NCBI GenBank assembly: GCA_002269645.1 | Contig: NIVC01002566.1 | Span: 97,205 to 161,204 of the forward strand | Direction: 5' to 3' | Source: Macrostomum lignano | Lineage: Eukaryota | DNA length: 64,000 nt | Shown: positions 60,491-64,000 of the stretch, in pieces | Layout: each line of letters starts with the position of its first letter | Position numbering within the stretch: the first letter of the stretch is position 1 | The notes under the pieces: model-generated | Database searches by the model: none | The model's input: the letters and a program-made list of their open reading frames with translations, nothing else | What the model was told of the DNA's origin: nothing | Made by a program: the position numbers and the translations under genes

Positions 60491-61696
60491 AATTCACTCG
60501 TACCTTACATCCCTTCGCCCTTAAAAATAATATTTCTGTTGTCCGAGTTTCTATCGATATATTTGCGCAAGCAAATCGTTCATCGTTAGGCCTAGGTCAA
60601 AGCTATTCGATTCTAAATGCAGGACTAGCGCGTTTGGCCGTTTCAAGAACAGCCAACTGCATGCATGCTTCCACTTTGTCGCAATTGGAAATCAATGGAG
60701 GCCTTGATGCTTCATACTTGTCTCTTGTCCTTGAGTTGAGCACTAGGTAACTCAACTCACGCTTAGGAAGTAAGCACCTGCCGTGAGATATTATTCTTTT
60801 TTACATAACAAAAATAACTAACACCGTGTAAAAACGAGCTGAGAGCAAAATTTGAATGCCAATAATATGATAGCTGCTGCTACTTAGTTGGTGTATTTTC
60901 TTTTACTTTATCGTGGATTTTGCCACAATTAACAAATAATTAAAGTCTGGTGATCCAATATTATGCCTATAAAATACTATAACAATAATAAGTGTCAACT
61001 AACTTCGAAGGTTAAATAGTGGAAGATTGGTAAACGCTACTAGAACTACCATTGTGGGTGTAATTATTTTTATCAAATAGTCAATCATTGCAGAGATAAC
61101 GTTTCAGCTTAGACTGAGGTTTAAATCCAGCTGTTTCTGTAGCTTGGTTTAGCATATATAATTGATCTCATTGATAAGGCCTGTAATTGATATGCTGGCT
61201 TTGAAGTTCCATAAAATAGCCGACTTTTAATATTTGAGTAAATTTTATTCATTTTTGCCTTAATAAAACAGTTTTTACGACCTACTGGTCCTCTGCCGTT
61301 TTCTAAAATTGAATTTAAAAATCGATTAAAAGTGGCTGTCTATCTACCAACTGATTGCTAATACTGATTGTCCTTAACAGTATTTTCAAATTGGGTTACA
61401 ATATTAATAACTTGCGTATTTTTCTATTTTTGCTTAATCTGTTGCTGTATAAAGTTTGCTAATTTAAAATTTAATACGACAGGGGAGAGTTCATACATAG
61501 GGTCGAAATCGAGGTCAAATATCTGGTGACTCGTTGCTCGGTTGTTATGCTAGAACTCGTTCACACCGACACTAACTGAGTCCGAGTTGTGCTCGATCAC
61601 ACTGCGTAATTCAGTTTTCCAGATAGATTCCAGCTAAGTACGAGAGGTTAACACTGGACTCAAGCATTGAGTCTGACTAAATATCAAACATTCGGC

Positions 61697-63280
61697 TTAG
61701 GGTCCATCATACTCAGCGCCATCGTTAGCCTCGCCAGCGGCCGAGCGCTGTCGCACCTTGTGCACGCTGATGCTCGGCTTGCCGCGCTCAGCGCCAGCGA
61801 TCGGCGTCAACTCACCAGTGACATCAGCGCTGCAGCCGTCGTACGCGACGCTGCTGTCGCCGCCTCCAACAGCGTTGATAGCCTGAATTGTCTCGTCGCT
61901 ATCGTCGCCTGAGAGATAGATTTTCAAGAAGCAGCAGAGCAACAGGAAGTGCACCCCGGCGTCCAGGCTGAAGACCATTCCAGGAAACATGTCCACGGTG
62001 GCGGCGTAGATGGGCGTAAACAGAGCCGGCCCGATCAGGTTGGCCAGGGCTTCCGCGCAGGATAGCAGCGAGAAAGTCTGACGATTTCCGCCTCGTCCAC
62101 CAGCTTGGAGGTCATGGATTTTGTGGCAGACACAATGAACCCAGCGAAGCAGCCGAGAACGGCGCTGGCAAACAGTAGCCACGTTTTCTGAGCAAGGCTG
62201 GTGATCACCAGGCGAATGATCTTCATCAGGAGGCCCACCATGACCAGAACGGAGTCGCGAGGCTTCATAAAACGCGTCAGCAGCGGCAGGATGAGCACAA
62301 GGTTGAGTCCCATGCAGGCGTAGTACACGGACAGATAATAGCCATAGTACTGACCTGGCCAGTTGAATGGAGCGTGCTCCACCAGCAACAAGAGCACGTC
62401 CTGCTCTCCTTGCTTGCAAATCTGGTTGACGCACAGGGAGACGAACAAGAACACGAGCATCAGCTGCTGGGGACGTCGCTGCAGTAGGAAGCCGATGGAG
62501 TCCCGCACAGAGAGGCTCCTGGTGGCGGTGTTCACACACGGACACGCCAGCTGAAGACAGCCGGCATCGTCAGAGGACTCCACGGACTCGACTACAAGCA
62601 GTACGATGATCAGCTCGAGCACTAGGTTGACAACCAAGATGACGATCAGCATGGAGTGGACGCTGCCGAAGCTCTGGAACACTCCGGTGAACAGGGAGCC
62701 CAGAAAGATGCCGAAGAAATTCATCGCCAGGAGGCGGCCAAGAAGCTCCGTTCGATCCTCGCGGCTGCTTGTGTCGGCCACGTAGCTGCTGCAGGCCATG
62801 GTCATGACCGTAGACTTGCCGAAGAAGCCGTACACAGTAGCACCGACCATCACCCAGACGAGAGTCGCGGCGCCTCCGACCGCGCTACGACAGTGAAGCA
62901 GCCGACAGCGAGAACAGCGCCAAGAGGAGGCAGCATCATCGGGTACTTGCGACCCACGCGGTCGCTCCACGATCCGGCGAACAAGCAGAAGAACACGGCC
63001 GGCAGGTTAAGCAGAATCCGGTACGCCAGCAAGTAGTTTGAGGCCTTCCGCTGCAAATCGTTCTCTTCTTTGCTGGTCATGCGACGCCGACCGATTGAGT
63101 GCCAGTCGCCTGGCTGCTGTGAGTCGCACACAGGCGGGGAATGCCCTCTCCCAGGCACACCTGCTGGTAGATGAATATCCGAATTGACGGCTGCAGCAGA
63201 CTCTCCGAGGCCTTGTAGAGAAAGAACACCAGCATCACCAGGTAGGACGAAATGCGGCGCTTAGCCGCGTCCGTCAGCAT
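61697..63280 (-). CDS. SLC46: Intronless SLC46/PCFT-like MFS transporter, about 528 aa, broken by three single-base (-1) frameshifts (assembly error or young pseudogene)
   Basis: Joined frames read VFFLY...IYQQVC...QRKASNYLLAY...GSWSDRVGRKYPMMLPPLG...SYVADTSSREDRTELLG...SKLVDEAE...IYAATV...FPG. Shifts at about 63137, 62883 and 62082; no premature stop on the homologous path. Confidence 0.8.
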
Positions 63281-63408
63281 CCTTGCTGGCCTCCTCTCGT
63301 AGACGGATCGGGGAGCGCGCGGCGCCCCGACTCGGCTTGAGACTCTACGGGGAAAGATGAAGAAGTTGTAGAAGCAGCGCGAGAGAGAGACAGATGGAGG
63401 GGATATGC

Positions 63409-63585
63409 CTTTTATAGCTTTAGAGCTTGCTACACCAATGACAGATATGGCGGAGCCAGGGAGAGTCGGACGCCCGGAGATTGAGCGGCGCAGAAGGGCG
63501 AAGTATAAAGAGGATAGCGAGGGAGAGCAGATGGGGGATTTGGTTAAGAAGGCTGCCAGGCTTGGGAGATGAGAGCTCAGCCAAT
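63409..63585 (-). promoter_or_regulatory. Candidate proximal promoter of the MFS gene: TATAAAAG (63416-63409) plus CCAAT boxes at 63435 and 63581
   Basis: Canonical TATA box about 130 nt upstream of the ATG, with a pyrimidine-rich initiator-like tract about 25-30 nt downstream of it. Confidence 0.5.
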
Positions 63586-64000
63586 CCCATTGTTGGCTTC
63601 TGCCTCTCAGATCTGTCAGCCCGCGATGGCAGCGAACGCTTGGCCCTTCACAGAATCATTTGAGTTGGAGGGGCTTGGTTTGAGTTTTCTTCTCAACCCA
63701 GCAAGCTGGCAGCATCCTTGGTCGAGAGTTTCTGGCACCCCAGTTCTAAAAAATAATATTCTTGTTTCTCCTCTCTCTCTCTCGCCTGTCCTTGCATGTT
63801 TCTCATACATTTGTTCACATGCATACTCCTCAGCTTTTCATCGCGTGTGTCTCTTGTTTCATTGGGCCAATGTGTGTGTGTTTGGCAAATAATAGTCTTC
63901 TGTGTCTTCTTAAAATACCGAGTTAGACTCAGTTACGCAGTTACTAAAATTTTTTCAAGTACTAGAAGTAGACTTACAGAACCGCTGATGCAGTGACGCA

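Noticed and set aside
61667-63036. Plus-strand ORFs overlapping the MFS gene, and similar antisense ORFs over TDRD9, LAP, SDR and RTE
   Set aside because: Shadow ORFs produced by GC-rich codon usage on the coding strand.

Overview
Eukaryotic (animal) genomic DNA: GT-AG introns, GC-rich exons and AT-rich spacers packed with minisatellites. The style suggests a free-living flatworm such as Macrostomum, but this is inference only. Genes reconstructed by hand: (1) a 3-exon secreted prepropeptide with 11 KR-flanked AAL(A/S)DF-type peptides (15-1089,+); (2,3) two tandem 2-exon ABHD17 depalmitoylases (-); (4) a 5-exon spindle-E/TDRD9 piRNA helicase (-); (5) an orphan coiled-coil ORF (+); (6) an RDH-like SDR whose only exon has no usable ATG (+); (7) a 6-exon M17 leucyl aminopeptidase with a transit-peptide-like N-terminus (+); (8) an intronless SLC46-like MFS transporter with three -1 frameshifts (-). 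Mobile DNA: a 5'-truncated RTE-like LINE, two CORE-SINEs, three hAT-type MITEs (two inside a 1.8 kb tandem duplication), two MULE deletion derivatives and a foldback element. There are about 25 tandem-repeat arrays; most long ORFs in the supplied track are repeat artefacts. Best leads: the apparently novel multicopy neuropeptide precursor, a possible spliced-leader-supplied start codon and operon (42.7-52 kb), and a sharp gene-conversion tract between the ABHD17 paralogues. All coordinates and counts were read by eye.
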